A stretch of DNA of 64,000 bases from a virus, in IMG/VR virus record IMGVR_UViG_3300047562_003246, positions 64,001-128,000 of that record; one strand, given 5' to 3'. The notes below the pieces were generated by a model that made no database searches, was not told the origin of the DNA, and was given only the letters and a program-made list of their open reading frames with translations. Position numbers and translations under genes: made by a program. Positions 38,942 to 50,412 of this stretch are shown one piece after another; the stretch's first letter is position 1, and every line of letters starts with the position of its first letter.

Positions 38942-40227
38942 TTTCAAATATCGAACAACTTGATCTTTCAACAGGACTAGAATCTAGAAGAGCTACAGGA
39001 CTTCCTAAAGCTTTTCTGGATCGAGGTACGTACGGTATTCATGTAGGCATGTCGCAGTTACTTTATTCACTTCAACTAAGAAATAAAGAACTAGCAGACT
39101 GTCTGGCTGCTCGTATCACAAGTGATGACAAGTATTATCAGTGGTACCCTATCGATTTGTACTCCGATCAGATGCTGGCTGCGGACAATTGTGCTATTTG
39201 TCCAGACGGGTGTGATGATGCTTTTGGATACTTCCACCCAGCTCCTGTTGATTTGACTGGTTTCACTGTACTGCAATCATCAGTTGTATCTCCTGAATTT
39301 TCTTGGTCAAATGAAGTTCAAATAGTTACACACAAGTCACAAAGATTTTTTCAGTTTGCACTTAATCCTTTTTCGTTTGAAAACGTACCTTTCTCTGTCG
39401 TACGCAAATCCGGTAAAGAAATTAAAGTGCTTAGGCTTTGGGCATATCTAGCTAGGTTCGACGCGGACTATACATCAAAGTATTTGTCGCCACTAACAGG
39501 ACTACCGTCATCCGTACCTGCGGATGTACATATCAAATTGCTTGAATGTAAAAAGATTCCTAGCATATTAAACTTCAAAAAATTACTAGGAGCCATGACA
39601 GGTAGCCCAGTCAGCGAAGGTTACGGACAAGTAGAAGTAGTACTGCAGGCCGGAGAGTTTAGAACATTTACTGTGCTGAATGCCGGTAAAGCGTATCATG
39701 CCGGTAAATTTGTCATTCCAACTGTAAGCGCAGGATCCTACGTCATTCCTGGAGATAATTTATTCGATGGATTCGAGCTTGCAGAGCTATCGCATGAGAC
39801 ACCGTCATTCGAGTCTGATGTGATTATTCCAGGCGAGTACCTGCAAATTCCAGGCGTCGATAAGCTTGTGCTTTCAAATGACAACGTCGAGATAACTTAT
39901 CAAGATAGTAATCCACGTTTTGATCTGGGGCCGGATTCTGATGCTTACTGGGACTTTGTTTACACTAGGAATCCAGCGTTTACAGCCAAAGTTAAAGAGA
40001 TTATCAGCAACAAATACTCTGTCGTACCGTTTGAATTATTTCGAGAACATTACTTGCGATATGGTGCTGTTTATCTTCGCCTTCGCGGAGAGACCCTCGA
40101 ACACACAGCTCAAGCTGTACCTATCTTAAAATACCTACTGCCACCAAATAGACTGCTTTTGCTGACTATCACTGGCGAAGTACCTACGTACTTGAGAGAT
40201 AAGTTACCGTCTTGTTGCTTCCAATAA
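38938..40227 (+). CDS. Baseplate wedge subunit
   Basis: Follows J-like gene; ends LKYLLPP, like the P-x-H/T ending of gpI/gp7-type wedge proteins. Confidence 0.5.
   Translation: MISNIEQLDLSTGLESRRATGLPKAFLDRGTYGIHVGMSQLLYSLQLRNKELADCLAARITSDDKYYQWYPIDLYSDQMLAADNCAICPDGCDDAFGYFHPAPVDLTGFTVLQSSVVSPEFSWSNEVQIVTHKSQRFFQFALNPFSFENVPFSVVRKSGKEIKVLRLWAYLARFDADYTSKYLSPLTGLPSSVPADVHIKLLECKKIPSILNFKKLLGAMTGSPVSEGYGQVEVVLQAGEFRTFTVLNAGKAYHAGKFVIPTVSAGSYVIPGDNLFDGFELAELSHETPSFESDVIIPGEYLQIPGVDKLVLSNDNVEITYQDSNPRFDLGPDSDAYWDFVYTRNPAFTAKVKEIISNKYSVVPFELFREHYLRYGAVYLRLRGETLEHTAQAVPILKYLLPPNRLLLLTITGEVPTYLRDKLPSCCFQ
39728..39741 (+). repeat. Dispersed 14-mer, exact copy
   Basis: Read directly; here translated in a different frame (SAGSY). 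Confidence 0.95.
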
Positions 40228-40240
40228 TTCGATCGATAAA

Positions 40241-42079
40241 ATGACACAACTCAACGAATGCTTTGATCCTGAGTTTTCTCCTGTTACCTGTGCGGGAGTA
40301 GACCAGTTACAGCAACTAAACGAAGAGCTAGCAAGACTCTCAGGTAACGACTTGTTTTTAAAGGCTTTGTTTGAAATTACATTACAAGGCAAAGCTCTAT
40401 TTGTCTGTGACGCTGCCGTCACCGGTGTCAAAGTAGGTCAGCCTGTTTATTTCGATAGCGAGTCAGCATCGTTTAAACCGTCAAGAATTGTTATTTCTAA
40501 CGTCAACGGTGAGATTGTTTTAGGTCAATCATCCCAAGTTGACGGAATTATTTATAAACACGAAGAAGGAGCTGCGACAGCCACGGTACTACTTTACGGT
40601 TTAGCTGAACTAAACCTGCAAGAGTCCACCGGTTTTGCTTCTCCTCTCGGATTGTTTTATCTAACAAGAACAGCCGGAACGCTAGCAGCGACCGAAGACA
40701 TCGTAGTATCTGTGCCTGTTTTGCGTGCCTATGGAAATGGACAAGTTCTTTTTAGGCCGCAATGGTCAACAGCTAATTCGCTTTATCGTATTCGTTCGTT
40801 TGTGCTTAGTGCTTTACCTGCTGGCACTGCTATTACCGCTGCTGGCATTTCTCAAATTAGCGGGCAAGGAGATCCTGCAAAACGAGGATGGTTACCTGTA
40901 ACGTCGCCAGTGTTTTCAGGTAAAGTCATACCTGCCAACGCCAAATTTGGTTACAACCTGTCAGCACATTTTGATGTTGAAGAAATTTGGCCCCCGTCTC
41001 CGCTGTCCTTGACAAGATTAGAGTGGGAACCCGAAGGCGATGGTCGTCGGGGTGCTGGTGTCGTATCCAGTTCAATGTGCCAGCTTACCGATTCTGGTAT
41101 TTGGTGGATGCAAAACTGTGCCGACCAAGTTCCATGGAGCACGACAGGATCTGGATCATCTTGTGGTGTCAGGATTCCTGCCAGTATGCGACTTGTGTTT
41201 CCTGCTTTAATTGTTAACGACGCTGGCAGGGTGACTAGTTTAACAAGTAATAGTCCAGGGCTAAAGATATATCGAAATGGGACAACTGATGCAGCTACTT
41301 CTGGTGATCTAACAATTCAACAAAGTGCTGACTGGGCGCTAAGCGATGTTGTTAATGACTTGTCAGGTATTGCTGTTAAAGGAATTGATAATAGTGGATT
41401 ACTTACCAGAGGTCCTGTGGTTACTGGCATTCGGTCTGTGTCTAATGACTTGGTACTTGCAGGTGGAACAGAATTAACATCCGGCTATCGTAGTGGTCTA
41501 CTTGATATCAGTCTTGCTGGTCCACAAAAGTCCGAGTTATTGCCGCAAAGAGTAGCCTTAGACGGCGCTGCTACGGACGAAAGCTATGGAACGCACGTAG
41601 CAATAGGCTTACCACCGGCAAATAATTCTTCAATTCGAACACAGTATTTTGTTCCGTCTGAGAACACTAACAGTGATTTTTACATATTGCAGTTTGAATG
41701 CTGGTTAATGGCTGCGCAAGCAGGTATATTGCCCACACTTTCGCTAGTAGCAAGAGCCTACAATCGACCTGCCGCAGGAGAACCTCAAGCAAGTCCTCAA
41801 ATTGATGCAACTGTCGAGCTTGTAGTACCCAGCACAAGACTACTTATCAATCAGTACATCGAAGTAGTTTCTGCAGCTTTTGCAGTCAAAGCTGGTAGCA
41901 TGGTGATGATGCAGCTGGCCCGAAACGGTTTGAGTGGCGATAGATCTAGTATCGAAACTAGGCTTATCAAGCAAGTTCTTAGAATCGTTAGGCCCGCTAC
42001 AGAAGAAGACGAGGTCGATCCGGAGCAAAATCCGGATACTGGTATCTTCGATACAACGTTCTCTCCATTATTTGATTAG
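40241..42079 (+). CDS. Baseplate/tail-fibre attachment protein
   Basis: 612 aa beta-rich; position after wedge genes. Confidence 0.45.
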   Translation: MTQLNECFDPEFSPVTCAGVDQLQQLNEELARLSGNDLFLKALFEITLQGKALFVCDAAVTGVKVGQPVYFDSESASFKPSRIVISNVNGEIVLGQSSQVDGIIYKHEEGAATATVLLYGLAELNLQESTGFASPLGLFYLTRTAGTLAATEDIVVSVPVLRAYGNGQVLFRPQWSTANSLYRIRSFVLSALPAGTAITAAGISQISGQGDPAKRGWLPVTSPVFSGKVIPANAKFGYNLSAHFDVEEIWPPSPLSLTRLEWEPEGDGRRGAGVVSSSMCQLTDSGIWWMQNCADQVPWSTTGSGSSCGVRIPASMRLVFPALIVNDAGRVTSLTSNSPGLKIYRNGTTDAATSGDLTIQQSADWALSDVVNDLSGIAVKGIDNSGLLTRGPVVTGIRSVSNDLVLAGGTELTSGYRSGLLDISLAGPQKSELLPQRVALDGAATDESYGTHVAIGLPPANNSSIRTQYFVPSENTNSDFYILQFECWLMAAQAGILPTLSLVARAYNRPAAGEPQASPQIDATVELVVPSTRLLINQYIEVVSAAFAVKAGSMVMMQLARNGLSGDRSSIETRLIKQVLRIVRPATEEDEVDPEQNPDTGIFDTTFSPLFD

Positions 42080-42091
42080 CCGGGGTAGATC

Positions 42092-43090
42092 ATGCCAGGG
42101 GCACCACAAATTGCTAGAGTTCAATGGCCTAACCAAAATGCGTTAAGGCGATACCCTCTAGCAATCTCGGCTGATGGTGTTGCGATAGGTGAGAAGTTCC
42201 AAATACCTACGAGTACTTTCGTAGACGCTTTGATCGTTACCACCTTTGCTTCTAAATTACATTTCGCTGGATTTTTTATCAGCCAACTTACGATCGGGCG
42301 TGAAGCGTTTCAGTTGGCTATATCGCATGTTGACGAGGCTCTTCCTGTTGCGACAGTTTTTGGTCCAATGAATCTTACTGATGAAAATCAAGTACATACA
42401 CTCCGAGGAATTAACACACTATCAGGTACTAGAGGTTATTTAGTTACAGGCGACTTGAAACCTGTAGCTGAATTACCTCCTGGAACTTACAGCTTCACAC
42501 ACCAAAACGCAGCTTTTGATCCTGGAGTTATCTCTTGCGGCATCAGAGCTATACAAACTATTGGTGTTGAAGTTAGTGGTTCAAACGTTCAAGAGCTTAG
42601 CGGTAAAGTTGTGTTTCGGGCTGCAACCGGAACACAATTCAGAAAGATTGAAGAAGAGAATCGAACAGTTATCCTGTGGGACGCTATAGGTAACTCAGAT
42701 TTACAATCTGGGTGTGAGTGCGAAGACAGTGAATTAAATCCTATCTACACTGTTGGCGGATTACCGGGAGACGAAACCGGCGCGATTAATATTTTTGGAT
42801 CGAGATGCCTTGAAGTTCAATCCGAGTCAGCCGGTATTAATCTGACTAACTCTTGCTCGGAACCCTGCTGTGACTGTGCCGAAGATGACGGGTTGAACGA
42901 AAGATTGGACTTGCTTTATTCTCAGATTCTTACCATGGAAACACGCATCGCTACGCTAGAATCGAAGTACAGTCAAGTAGACGCACTTATCGAAGAAGCT
43001 AGTTGCGACGACGTACAGTGCCCTCCTTACGATCCAGAGACCGATGGGCCTTTGATCGACAGCTTCAAACTATCTGATCTAGTGGAATAA
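42092..43090 (+). CDS. Tail-associated paralog 1 (WxNxN..YP family)
   Basis: QWPNQNALRRYPL; SCSEPCCDC followed by coiled coil. Confidence 0.5.
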   Translation: MPGAPQIARVQWPNQNALRRYPLAISADGVAIGEKFQIPTSTFVDALIVTTFASKLHFAGFFISQLTIGREAFQLAISHVDEALPVATVFGPMNLTDENQVHTLRGINTLSGTRGYLVTGDLKPVAELPPGTYSFTHQNAAFDPGVISCGIRAIQTIGVEVSGSNVQELSGKVVFRAATGTQFRKIEEENRTVILWDAIGNSDLQSGCECEDSELNPIYTVGGLPGDETGAINIFGSRCLEVQSESAGINLTNSCSEPCCDCAEDDGLNERLDLLYSQILTMETRIATLESKYSQVDALIEEASCDDVQCPPYDPETDGPLIDSFKLSDLVE

Positions 43091-44628
43091 TGAGTGGCTT
43101 ACGCTTTGGACCTGGCGCTGCAGATGGTTATCCGTTTTTATCTCGAAGTGACGCTGCTCAGGCTGCTTGCTTAGTTGATATCACAATCACATCTCGATAT
43201 CCGATTAACACCGGGTTTAGGCTCAACGCCATCGATCCGCTGCGGCGCAGGATCCTATTAACTTGCGAAGATCCAGACGTTCGTTTGGAGCTAGAAAACC
43301 CTGAAGTTAAACAACTAGGGGAATTGTTTTATTGGCAGTGGTACTTAGAAGACTACGCAATAGGCGTTGCTGTTGATCCTGGTAAGCCTAGTTTTGCAAA
43401 CGGTAGCCTAATGCTCGTAAGCCGCGTCATTAACTATCTGGGTGACGATGTTAATGAAATTGTTTTTGATACTGTCGACGGCGAAGTATCTTCGAATGAA
43501 AAGCCGTTAGTTTTGCGGCAAGGCTTTAATACTGAAATCAACGTAGATAATGAGCTAGTATCGATTGATGTAGCTCCTGGCCTTGGACAAGGAACAGTCA
43601 GTAACTGTTTTGATAACCAAACTAGAGTTATACGCAAGTTGGCTCAAGCCACCGCAAATACTTCAGGTAACGTTAATCTTCGCGGTGACGAATGCTTCCG
43701 CGTGCAACCTGAACTAATTAAGACAGGTAACGGATATACAGTAAGCCCTGGTCGATTCTACCTGCACGACGACTGCGAGCAATGTTGTAAGTGCGAAGAG
43801 AAAGCAGAAGTATGGCGATTCGCCAAACAAATGCAAGATCGACTTATTCCGCTTGTTGACAAATATCATGAACTTCGCGAAATATATCAAAACAAAGTCA
43901 AAAGTATCCAGGCTGGTAATGACTGTATCACTAGGCCGCTGCTTAATGCCGACTTGGTGCTGCAATCTAACAACGGTTTGTATCTTTACATTACAGTGTG
44001 TAACGGTGGGCTCGAAAGCCTAACCGATGTTGTTATATCTGTATCACCGCTGTACATCACGTCGCATCAATTTCGAAAAAAATATAAAGATGTAGACCCT
44101 GAGTTTTTCGAAGAAAATAAAGGCATCATTGAAATACCAGATGACAGCGTTGAATTCTTTAGTCTGCATGAACAAATCAGATACGCCCGTCATTTACAGA
44201 TGCTTGTGGGTCTTGGTAATTGTAAAGTAGGTCAAACCTATTCCGTAGGTAAAAAAGGGCACTTGAAGTTTCCTGGTGATGTGCTTTGTGTTGTTAGAGA
44301 TTTCGATCCGTTTAATTATGAGATAACAACTAAAGGCAAACAGTTTGAATTTTTTGCTGATGGCGGCATGGAGTTTAATTTTCACTGTATCGAGCCAGGA
44401 GATACACGGTATTTCACTGCACCTGTAGAATTCGCTATTCCTCTTATTGATATTTATAACAATGGAGAGCGATTAACAACAGGCGGAAAAATGACTCCTT
44501 TTGAACACAAAAAAATTGCTTTAATCGTGCATTCTCCGAGTCATCCTGAAATTAGCGTTTCTGTAAAAACTGCTACCGGAAGTTACATTCCGTGTATTCC
44601 CGATCCACTTGAAGAAGATAACGAATGA
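43090..44628 (+). CDS. Tail-associated paralog 2
   Basis: GAADGYPF; DDCEQCCKC followed by coiled coil. Confidence 0.5.
   Translation: MSGLRFGPGAADGYPFLSRSDAAQAACLVDITITSRYPINTGFRLNAIDPLRRRILLTCEDPDVRLELENPEVKQLGELFYWQWYLEDYAIGVAVDPGKPSFANGSLMLVSRVINYLGDDVNEIVFDTVDGEVSSNEKPLVLRQGFNTEINVDNELVSIDVAPGLGQGTVSNCFDNQTRVIRKLAQATANTSGNVNLRGDECFRVQPELIKTGNGYTVSPGRFYLHDDCEQCCKCEEKAEVWRFAKQMQDRLIPLVDKYHELREIYQNKVKSIQAGNDCITRPLLNADLVLQSNNGLYLYITVCNGGLESLTDVVISVSPLYITSHQFRKKYKDVDPEFFEENKGIIEIPDDSVEFFSLHEQIRYARHLQMLVGLGNCKVGQTYSVGKKGHLKFPGDVLCVVRDFDPFNYEITTKGKQFEFFADGGMEFNFHCIEPGDTRYFTAPVEFAIPLIDIYNNGERLTTGGKMTPFEHKKIALIVHSPSHPEISVSVKTATGSYIPCIPDPLEEDNE
43245..43258 (+). repeat. Dispersed 14-mer, 13/14 variant
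   Basis: gcgcaggatcctat; translated in a third frame (RRILL). Confidence 0.8.
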
Positions 44629-45479
44629 ATACTGGTATAACAAACGTACGTGGTTGGCAAAATGACCAGGAAAGTCAGATCTATCCTTTGTTGCGGGCTT
44701 ACGACGTACCAAGAGCTTTACTAACGGACTTGTCTATAGCTGCGGAAGACGAGAACATTTTCATCGATACGCTTTACTGTGGCGATGGTCAGGTCTCTTT
44801 AATCTTGAGTGACTCGTCGGGAGTCGCAGCAGCACTGACAGTAGAAAATCCAGTACGAGGCGAGGTATACACGGTTGTCGATACTCGTTGTATGTTCTCT
44901 GTTAGTTTTGGACAAGCTGCTATCGAAGGGACGTATCGTAATAAAGAAAAACTATTTGTTTCACCGCAGTGTATCCATGTAACTGTCAGAAGTAACTTCG
45001 CAGTTTTCAGACAGGGTGGCCTTCCTTTAAATTCCCCGTTAAAGCTGACAGGTTCAAACGATATTTCCGTACGGTTAGGCTTCATGGACGAAGCTCAGAC
45101 AGAGCAAGCGTTATTTTTGTCGCTAAATACACAAGATGCAGGTATAGACGTACACGATAAGTACTTAGGATCCTGCGACCGCAGACCTGTCAGTCAAAAT
45201 TGCGAAGGCAATCAACCTATCAAAACTTTAAGTGGTGTTCCAAGCGATTGCTGCAACACGATATACATCGAGCTTCAGGGTGTATCGATCGCGCCGCTTA
45301 ATAACTACTGCGGTATCGCCATAGAGTCCGAGTTTACGCTGAAAGAGTCATGCCCAGCTCGGACGTTGACTAGCATAGTAGAAAGATCCGAAGAAGATTG
45401 TGAAAAAACAGACGAAGACGAATCAGACGATGTCGAGCAAGACGGCGCACCTGAAGGCGAAGAACCATTAACCAGCTAA
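44625..45479 (+). CDS. Tail-associated paralog 3
   Basis: GWQNDQESQIYPL; Cys-rich C-terminal part. Confidence 0.5.
   Translation: MNTGITNVRGWQNDQESQIYPLLRAYDVPRALLTDLSIAAEDENIFIDTLYCGDGQVSLILSDSSGVAAALTVENPVRGEVYTVVDTRCMFSVSFGQAAIEGTYRNKEKLFVSPQCIHVTVRSNFAVFRQGGLPLNSPLKLTGSNDISVRLGFMDEAQTEQALFLSLNTQDAGIDVHDKYLGSCDRRPVSQNCEGNQPIKTLSGVPSDCCNTIYIELQGVSIAPLNNYCGIAIESEFTLKESCPARTLTSIVERSEEDCEKTDEDESDDVEQDGAPEGEEPLTS
45165..45178 (-). repeat. Dispersed 14-mer, 12/14 variant (reverse)
   Basis: ttaggatcctgcga; central 12 nt match. Confidence 0.6.
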
Positions 45480-45486
45480 TTCGGCC

Positions 45487-46284
45487 ATGCCACTTAATAC
45501 ATCTACCTTTGCATCGCCGCAGTGGCGAAATCAAAACGAATCCAGCAAGTATCCATTTACCGACGCTTCAAGTCTGACAATAGCTGGATTGTTCGACCTA
45601 CCGGTATCTGTCTTTGTTGATGCTAGGATATTTATCCCTGGATTAGTTGGCGTAGCTAGTTTACTTTCGGTCGACGTGAGCATTGATTATGTCACGCTGA
45701 CTGTAGGTAACCAATCAGACCCGAATATCATCGGCATTGCGACCATTCGAACTGATGATCCTGCAGAAGTCGTTTCACTTCGAACAGTTAGCGGTAATGT
45801 GTGCGGTACGTTGGTAGCGGGTGTTAGTAGATGGGCGGAATTAATCGCGTTACCTGTGGGTAACTATACGTTTATTGCTGGTACTGCAGATTTTCTTCCA
45901 GCAGTCACTGTGATGGTACCGCTAACGTCGGAAAAACTTTTAGGTCCAGGCGGTGAATCACTTGGAGACATAATTCGCTTGGTCGGAGAAAACGGAGTCA
46001 GACTCGATTGTCAGTCTGACGACAACAGTACGGTGATTCATGTTCATGCTGTGGGCGATCCGCTATATAGAATCACTGAGTGCAACGTAGAAGTAGCTAT
46101 CGCCAGTCGTGTTATTGAAAACGTAGTATTTCAAAGCGGCGATACAACCGTGCAATGCTCGCCGGATCAACTTGGCAGGATCTTTATACTACCTGCTACT
46201 TACTCACAGCAAGATGTTGCTTTGCGAGTTATTACCACAACAGGCGGTATACGCTTTGCATTGGCAGGAAAAACATTGAGGTAA
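45487..46284 (+). CDS. Tail-associated paralog 4
   Basis: QWRNQNESSKYPF...LPVSVFVDARI. Confidence 0.5.
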   Translation: MPLNTSTFASPQWRNQNESSKYPFTDASSLTIAGLFDLPVSVFVDARIFIPGLVGVASLLSVDVSIDYVTLTVGNQSDPNIIGIATIRTDDPAEVVSLRTVSGNVCGTLVAGVSRWAELIALPVGNYTFIAGTADFLPAVTVMVPLTSEKLLGPGGESLGDIIRLVGENGVRLDCQSDDNSTVIHVHAVGDPLYRITECNVEVAIASRVIENVVFQSGDTTVQCSPDQLGRIFILPATYSQQDVALRVITTTGGIRFALAGKTLR

Positions 46285-46286
46285 TT

Positions 46287-47864
46287 ATGTTGTCTGCAGA
46301 TAACTTGGGTCGGGCTTATCCGTTTGTTTTTAATCCAACTATACCTTTACCTCCGGATAGCGCGATAGCCGACATAGACGCTATCGTTTACTCATCTAAA
46401 TTTGAACCGGCGATACATCCTATAATAGTTACGAGTATCTCGTTAACAAGATTAACTCTTGTTGTTCCGAGCCTTACAAACGAAACGATTACCTGCAACA
46501 TTGAAGACGGTATATGGGTTGTTACCTCCAATCAGTTGCTAAAAATAAGAGTGCTTGCAGGAAGAAGAGAGGCAAGACAGCAATTGTGGAATGGCCAAGC
46601 TGTTATTGAACCAGCAAGAATTGTCGTAATACCCGGCGCAAACCAAAGCATTGAAGTCTACAACAAGACCCGCACAAGAATGCCTGCTTTAGCTGGTTGT
46701 TTAGATTACGCTTTTGTAGACGATGTACAACCTACCTACGTCAAGCAATGCGATATTACAACGGGTGAAGTGGTACTTGCTGGTGGGTTTTCTAGTCGTG
46801 TTTTTCAGTACGACGCAAGCAACGAGTTAACCGTATTTGGTGACCCTGAAGGTGGAGAGGCTGGAAAGCCTTGTACCGGTCAAGTATCTTTATATTCTGG
46901 AGATGTGATTCCAGCTGGTAGAGACACACTAGACGGCGCACCACGATGTTCTGATGTTGTTAGAAGCATCAACGGTGTTAGTGTTGATAACTTTCAATTC
47001 GAAGCGGGTACAGGAGTCACTGTATTTGCACAGCCAGAAAAGAGCAGGGTTACTGTAAGACTTGACGGAGCTGGTTCGGCTATATGTCCTTTTCCTGAAA
47101 TACAGAGAGCACCATGTCCTCCCGGCCCAGACTATCCGTGTGGACCTGTTGTACCTACGGATTACTGTCCTGACGAGCCGGACGACCTAGCAAGTCTGCG
47201 AGTCAGAGGTACTATTCCTCCAATAGACTCGCTGCCTATCATCGGTCCTAGGGGAGGTACAAAAAATTTTACGGACAAATGCAAAGAGCTGCCTGAACAT
47301 CTAGAATTTCTAGCGCAAAGAGGCTGCGTCCCTGCTTTAGCTGTTTATGATTCGCAGGGTTGGAGGTTCACAAAACGTTGTCGATCTGCTTGCGATGCTA
47401 GCTTACCTACTGACAACGCAAAAATTGGCGATGAAAGAACCATACCGTGTGAATATGCTCCGCCTGACACAACAATAGGCGTGCGTAATAACCTGTTCAC
47501 AGGCTTCAAGTTTTGGGGTATAACAGGCTCGCCCGATATCATACAGTCTCACGCACAGCTTACTGCTGCCGATTTACCAGCTGTCAGAATTACTACCGGA
47601 CAAGCTGTTTATCAAACTCAAATATCTGTGGGGCATGATTCTGCACTCAGCTTTCGATTCATGGGTGAGCTTAGATTGTCTATTGTGGTTTTAGGTAAAC
47701 TGTGTGTAGACGTGTTACTCAACTCACCTTCAGGACCATCAGATTACGTTAGTGACTTTGTTGTGCCCGCTCATCGGGAAATAGCTATTCATTTCTCGGT
47801 AGAAGTCGGTAACAAATACGCTATCGTTTCTATGCCGTTCTTGGCTGCCATAGAATCACCATGA
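46287..47864 (+). CDS. Tail-associated paralog 5 with C-terminal jelly-roll-like domain
   Basis: [19 protein letters not shown]; C-terminal [12 protein letters not shown] pattern resembles carbohydrate-binding modules. Confidence 0.5.
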   Translation: MLSADNLGRAYPFVFNPTIPLPPDSAIADIDAIVYSSKFEPAIHPIIVTSISLTRLTLVVPSLTNETITCNIEDGIWVVTSNQLLKIRVLAGRREARQQLWNGQAVIEPARIVVIPGANQSIEVYNKTRTRMPALAGCLDYAFVDDVQPTYVKQCDITTGEVVLAGGFSSRVFQYDASNELTVFGDPEGGEAGKPCTGQVSLYSGDVIPAGRDTLDGAPRCSDVVRSINGVSVDNFQFEAGTGVTVFAQPEKSRVTVRLDGAGSAICPFPEIQRAPCPPGPDYPCGPVVPTDYCPDEPDDLASLRVRGTIPPIDSLPIIGPRGGTKNFTDKCKELPEHLEFLAQRGCVPALAVYDSQGWRFTKRCRSACDASLPTDNAKIGDERTIPCEYAPPDTTIGVRNNLFTGFKFWGITGSPDIIQSHAQLTAADLPAVRITTGQAVYQTQISVGHDSALSFRFMGELRLSIVVLGKLCVDVLLNSPSGPSDYVSDFVVPAHREIAIHFSVEVGNKYAIVSMPFLAAIESP

Positions 47865-50401
47865 ATAAGATTGTTTTGTTCGAAGCTAGCTGGGGTGCTG
47901 GCGGTGGAACAACTTGGAGCATCACTGACGGACTGAGCATCAAACTTGAGTTGCAACCGTTGCCGTTTGATCTCGGTGAAAACGGTTCTGGACCTAATGA
48001 AAACGGCGTATTCTGTGTCAAACTGAAAGGTAAATATCCTGTCTTAAATAATTTCGTAGAAAGATCTCTCGATATAGCTTGCCAGTTAGAAGGTCAGTCT
48101 ACGCTTGTTGAAAGTATTGTTAGCGTGCGAGCCTATAACTACGGCTTGCTTGCTATCGTCAATACACCAGCAACCAAAGCAGGATCTGTAAGGTCTGTTC
48201 GAATTGAAAGAATCAATTCTGCTGAATTTAAAATGTATTTTTATTTCAGCGTGTCTACTAGCTCGGAGGATACAGATGGTGATGAAGATCCGCCGATTGA
48301 TCCTCCGACTGATCCGGTCGAATGCTCGACAGTTATTCAACTAGGTAGACAGGATTGCGGTCAGATCGAAGTCTGTGACTTGGTGCAGATTGACTTTGGT
48401 AGTTGTTACCTTGAAGAGCCTCCCGTTAGACGCGAGACGTGTTCTGCTATTTTTCCTGTCGGTCCAATGTCGGCACCACCTCCGCCTCCTTCAGAACCTG
48501 GACCACCTGGACCGCCCGGTGATACTGGCCCTGCGGGTCCTGCTGGTCCTGCTGGTCCCGCTGGTCCTGCCGGTCCTGCTGGTCCTGCTGGTCCACAAGG
48601 CCCTGCCGGTCCTGCTGGTCCCGCTGGCCCTGCCGGTCCACAAGGTCCCGCTGGTCCTACTGGTCCGCAAGGTCCTCCAGGACCTGGAGGCTGTACGCCC
48701 TTTGTCTATGTGTTTGGTCAGGTTAGGCACGTTCAAGAGTGCCCTACTCCGCCTATAACAATTAATGTCTACCCGATTCCAGAATGTAATTGGATCATTG
48801 TTTACACTTATTACGTATGTCCCGGCGGATACGGTGGTGGAGGCTGTTGCGATCTAATCTGTTGTGACGGAATCTACATACCCTATAACACTACGACAGC
48901 CGTATCTTTAGCGACACAGAACGTAGCTAACGATAGTCGGTTTATAAAAGAAACGTATCCGACGATGCATGCGGATAGACCGGGTTCTTTATCAATGCCG
49001 TGGTTCATTGGGTTCAAGCAAAGACCCGATGATCCGTATAACTGCGACCCGTGCGATATCGCTAGTCCTGCATATAATCCTCGATACTGCATCGAATGCA
49101 AAGATCCAAATAATGCTCCGGATTACTGCCGAGAATGTGATCCTTGCTCGGGAGAACCTATAGACGATAGAACCTGCGGACCATGTAATCCAGAGTGGGA
49201 AGGTTATGAAGCGGAAAAGTGTTACCCAGGTAATCCGTTTGGTTATGTTTTCTTACTAACAACTGACTTTGACAATAGAGATACCACAAGTATTCCAATA
49301 GATTACAACGTTCGAATTGCGCAGGATCCTACGATTTATCCAGCTACGCTGACACCTGGGCAGTGCGATGCGATTACTAATCCTGATGATCTTGTCGCAG
49401 AGTGTTGTGATCCTGCCGGGTATTACGTCGATCTTTGCTGTGACACGCAAATTTATTACTCGCCAGAGCGATGTTACGATCCCTGTGCCGACGACCCTAC
49501 TTCTCCAGGATGCCCAGAAGAACCTGATCCTCCAGTGGATCCTTGCTTGGATGTCGGTACTATTTCGTGCACACAAGAAGGCCAAATGCTGACAATATGT
49601 GAATGCCCAGGTGAGTGCATCGGAGAATGCAGCTGGGCATCTGCACAAACTACAGAGTACGGCGAAACTGTGTTTTACTGGGTCAATTCTGATGATCCGT
49701 GTGCACAAGATTGTGATTGTCCTTATCCAGGAACAGCGCCGACAGGGCTCGGCCAGACGGCAACAACTATTTGCGGAGATACACCGCAGCCGTGCGACAT
49801 GGTTTGTGAGTGGGTGACCGAACTTAGTAACAACGAGCCTACATGGTCATTGCCTGTAGATCCGTGTGATCCTAGTTGTCCTTGTCCTGCTCCTCCGAGG
49901 TTACCTTCTTCTTCAGAAGCTGGTCTTGTGTATTACACAGACTGTGGTGGTACTCCAGAGATAGATTGTGTCAACGGTTATTGCCAATACGAAGCCAATG
50001 CTAGTTCGCAGTGGGAGCTTATTTATAGTTCTTGTGGTGCGCTATCTTGTCCGTGTGAAGAGCCGCTAAGTCCACCTAGCGGTCCTGGCGATACTGTTAC
50101 GACTAACTGCGGAACGGTATCCAGTGGTACTTGTTGTGACGGTGAGACACCTAATACGCCGTGCGATCCAAGTGACTCAGATATAGGTGTGATATGTCTC
50201 GACCCAGACACAAGCGAAAACTGTAACTGCACTTATACGTGCGAAAATGGTCAATGGGTAGTTGCGAATGCAGACTGTGGTGGAGGAGGTGGCCCAGGAC
50301 CGCTGTCTGTATACGACGACGTAGATACTTCACAGCCGTCTCCTTTTGTCGAGATGAATAGTCTATTTGAATCCGTGAAAGAAGAAATAAAAAACTTATA
50401 A
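47861..50401 (+). CDS. Collagen-like fibre protein with Cys-rich repeat region
   Basis: 20 Gly-X-Y triplets; about 60 Cys by hand count; four copies of a C..W..C.C.P..P..G...T.C unit. Confidence 0.75.
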   Translation: MNKIVLFEASWGAGGGTTWSITDGLSIKLELQPLPFDLGENGSGPNENGVFCVKLKGKYPVLNNFVERSLDIACQLEGQSTLVESIVSVRAYNYGLLAIVNTPATKAGSVRSVRIERINSAEFKMYFYFSVSTSSEDTDGDEDPPIDPPTDPVECSTVIQLGRQDCGQIEVCDLVQIDFGSCYLEEPPVRRETCSAIFPVGPMSAPPPPPSEPGPPGPPGDTGPAGPAGPAGPAGPAGPAGPAGPQGPAGPAGPAGPAGPQGPAGPTGPQGPPGPGGCTPFVYVFGQVRHVQECPTPPITINVYPIPECNWIIVYTYYVCPGGYGGGGCCDLICCDGIYIPYNTTTAVSLATQNVANDSRFIKETYPTMHADRPGSLSMPWFIGFKQRPDDPYNCDPCDIASPAYNPRYCIECKDPNNAPDYCRECDPCSGEPIDDRTCGPCNPEWEGYEAEKCYPGNPFGYVFLLTTDFDNRDTTSIPIDYNVRIAQDPTIYPATLTPGQCDAITNPDDLVAECCDPAGYYVDLCCDTQIYYSPERCYDPCADDPTSPGCPEEPDPPVDPCLDVGTISCTQEGQMLTICECPGECIGECSWASAQTTEYGETVFYWVNSDDPCAQDCDCPYPGTAPTGLGQTATTICGDTPQPCDMVCEWVTELSNNEPTWSLPVDPCDPSCPCPAPPRLPSSSEAGLVYYTDCGGTPEIDCVNGYCQYEANASSQWELIYSSCGALSCPCEEPLSPPSGPGDTVTTNCGTVSSGTCCDGETPNTPCDPSDSDIGVICLDPDTSENCNCTYTCENGQWVVANADCGGGGGPGPLSVYDDVDTSQPSPFVEMNSLFESVKEEIKNL
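48500..48679 (+). repeat. Collagen (Gly-Pro-X)20 coding repeat
   Basis: ggtcctgct-type 9-bp units. Confidence 0.95.
49319..49332 (+). repeat. Dispersed 14-mer, exact copy
   Basis: Read directly; in-frame AQDPT. Confidence 0.95.
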
Positions 50402-50412
50402 AGGATGTTACC

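Noticed and set aside
48375-48758. Alternative-frame ORFs over the collagen repeat
   Set aside because: Stop-free frames produced by the 9-bp periodic repeat.
2152-49332. AQDPT as a conserved peptide motif explaining the 14-mer
   Set aside because: The same DNA is read in other frames, on the opposite strand and between genes, and synonymous positions are invariant.
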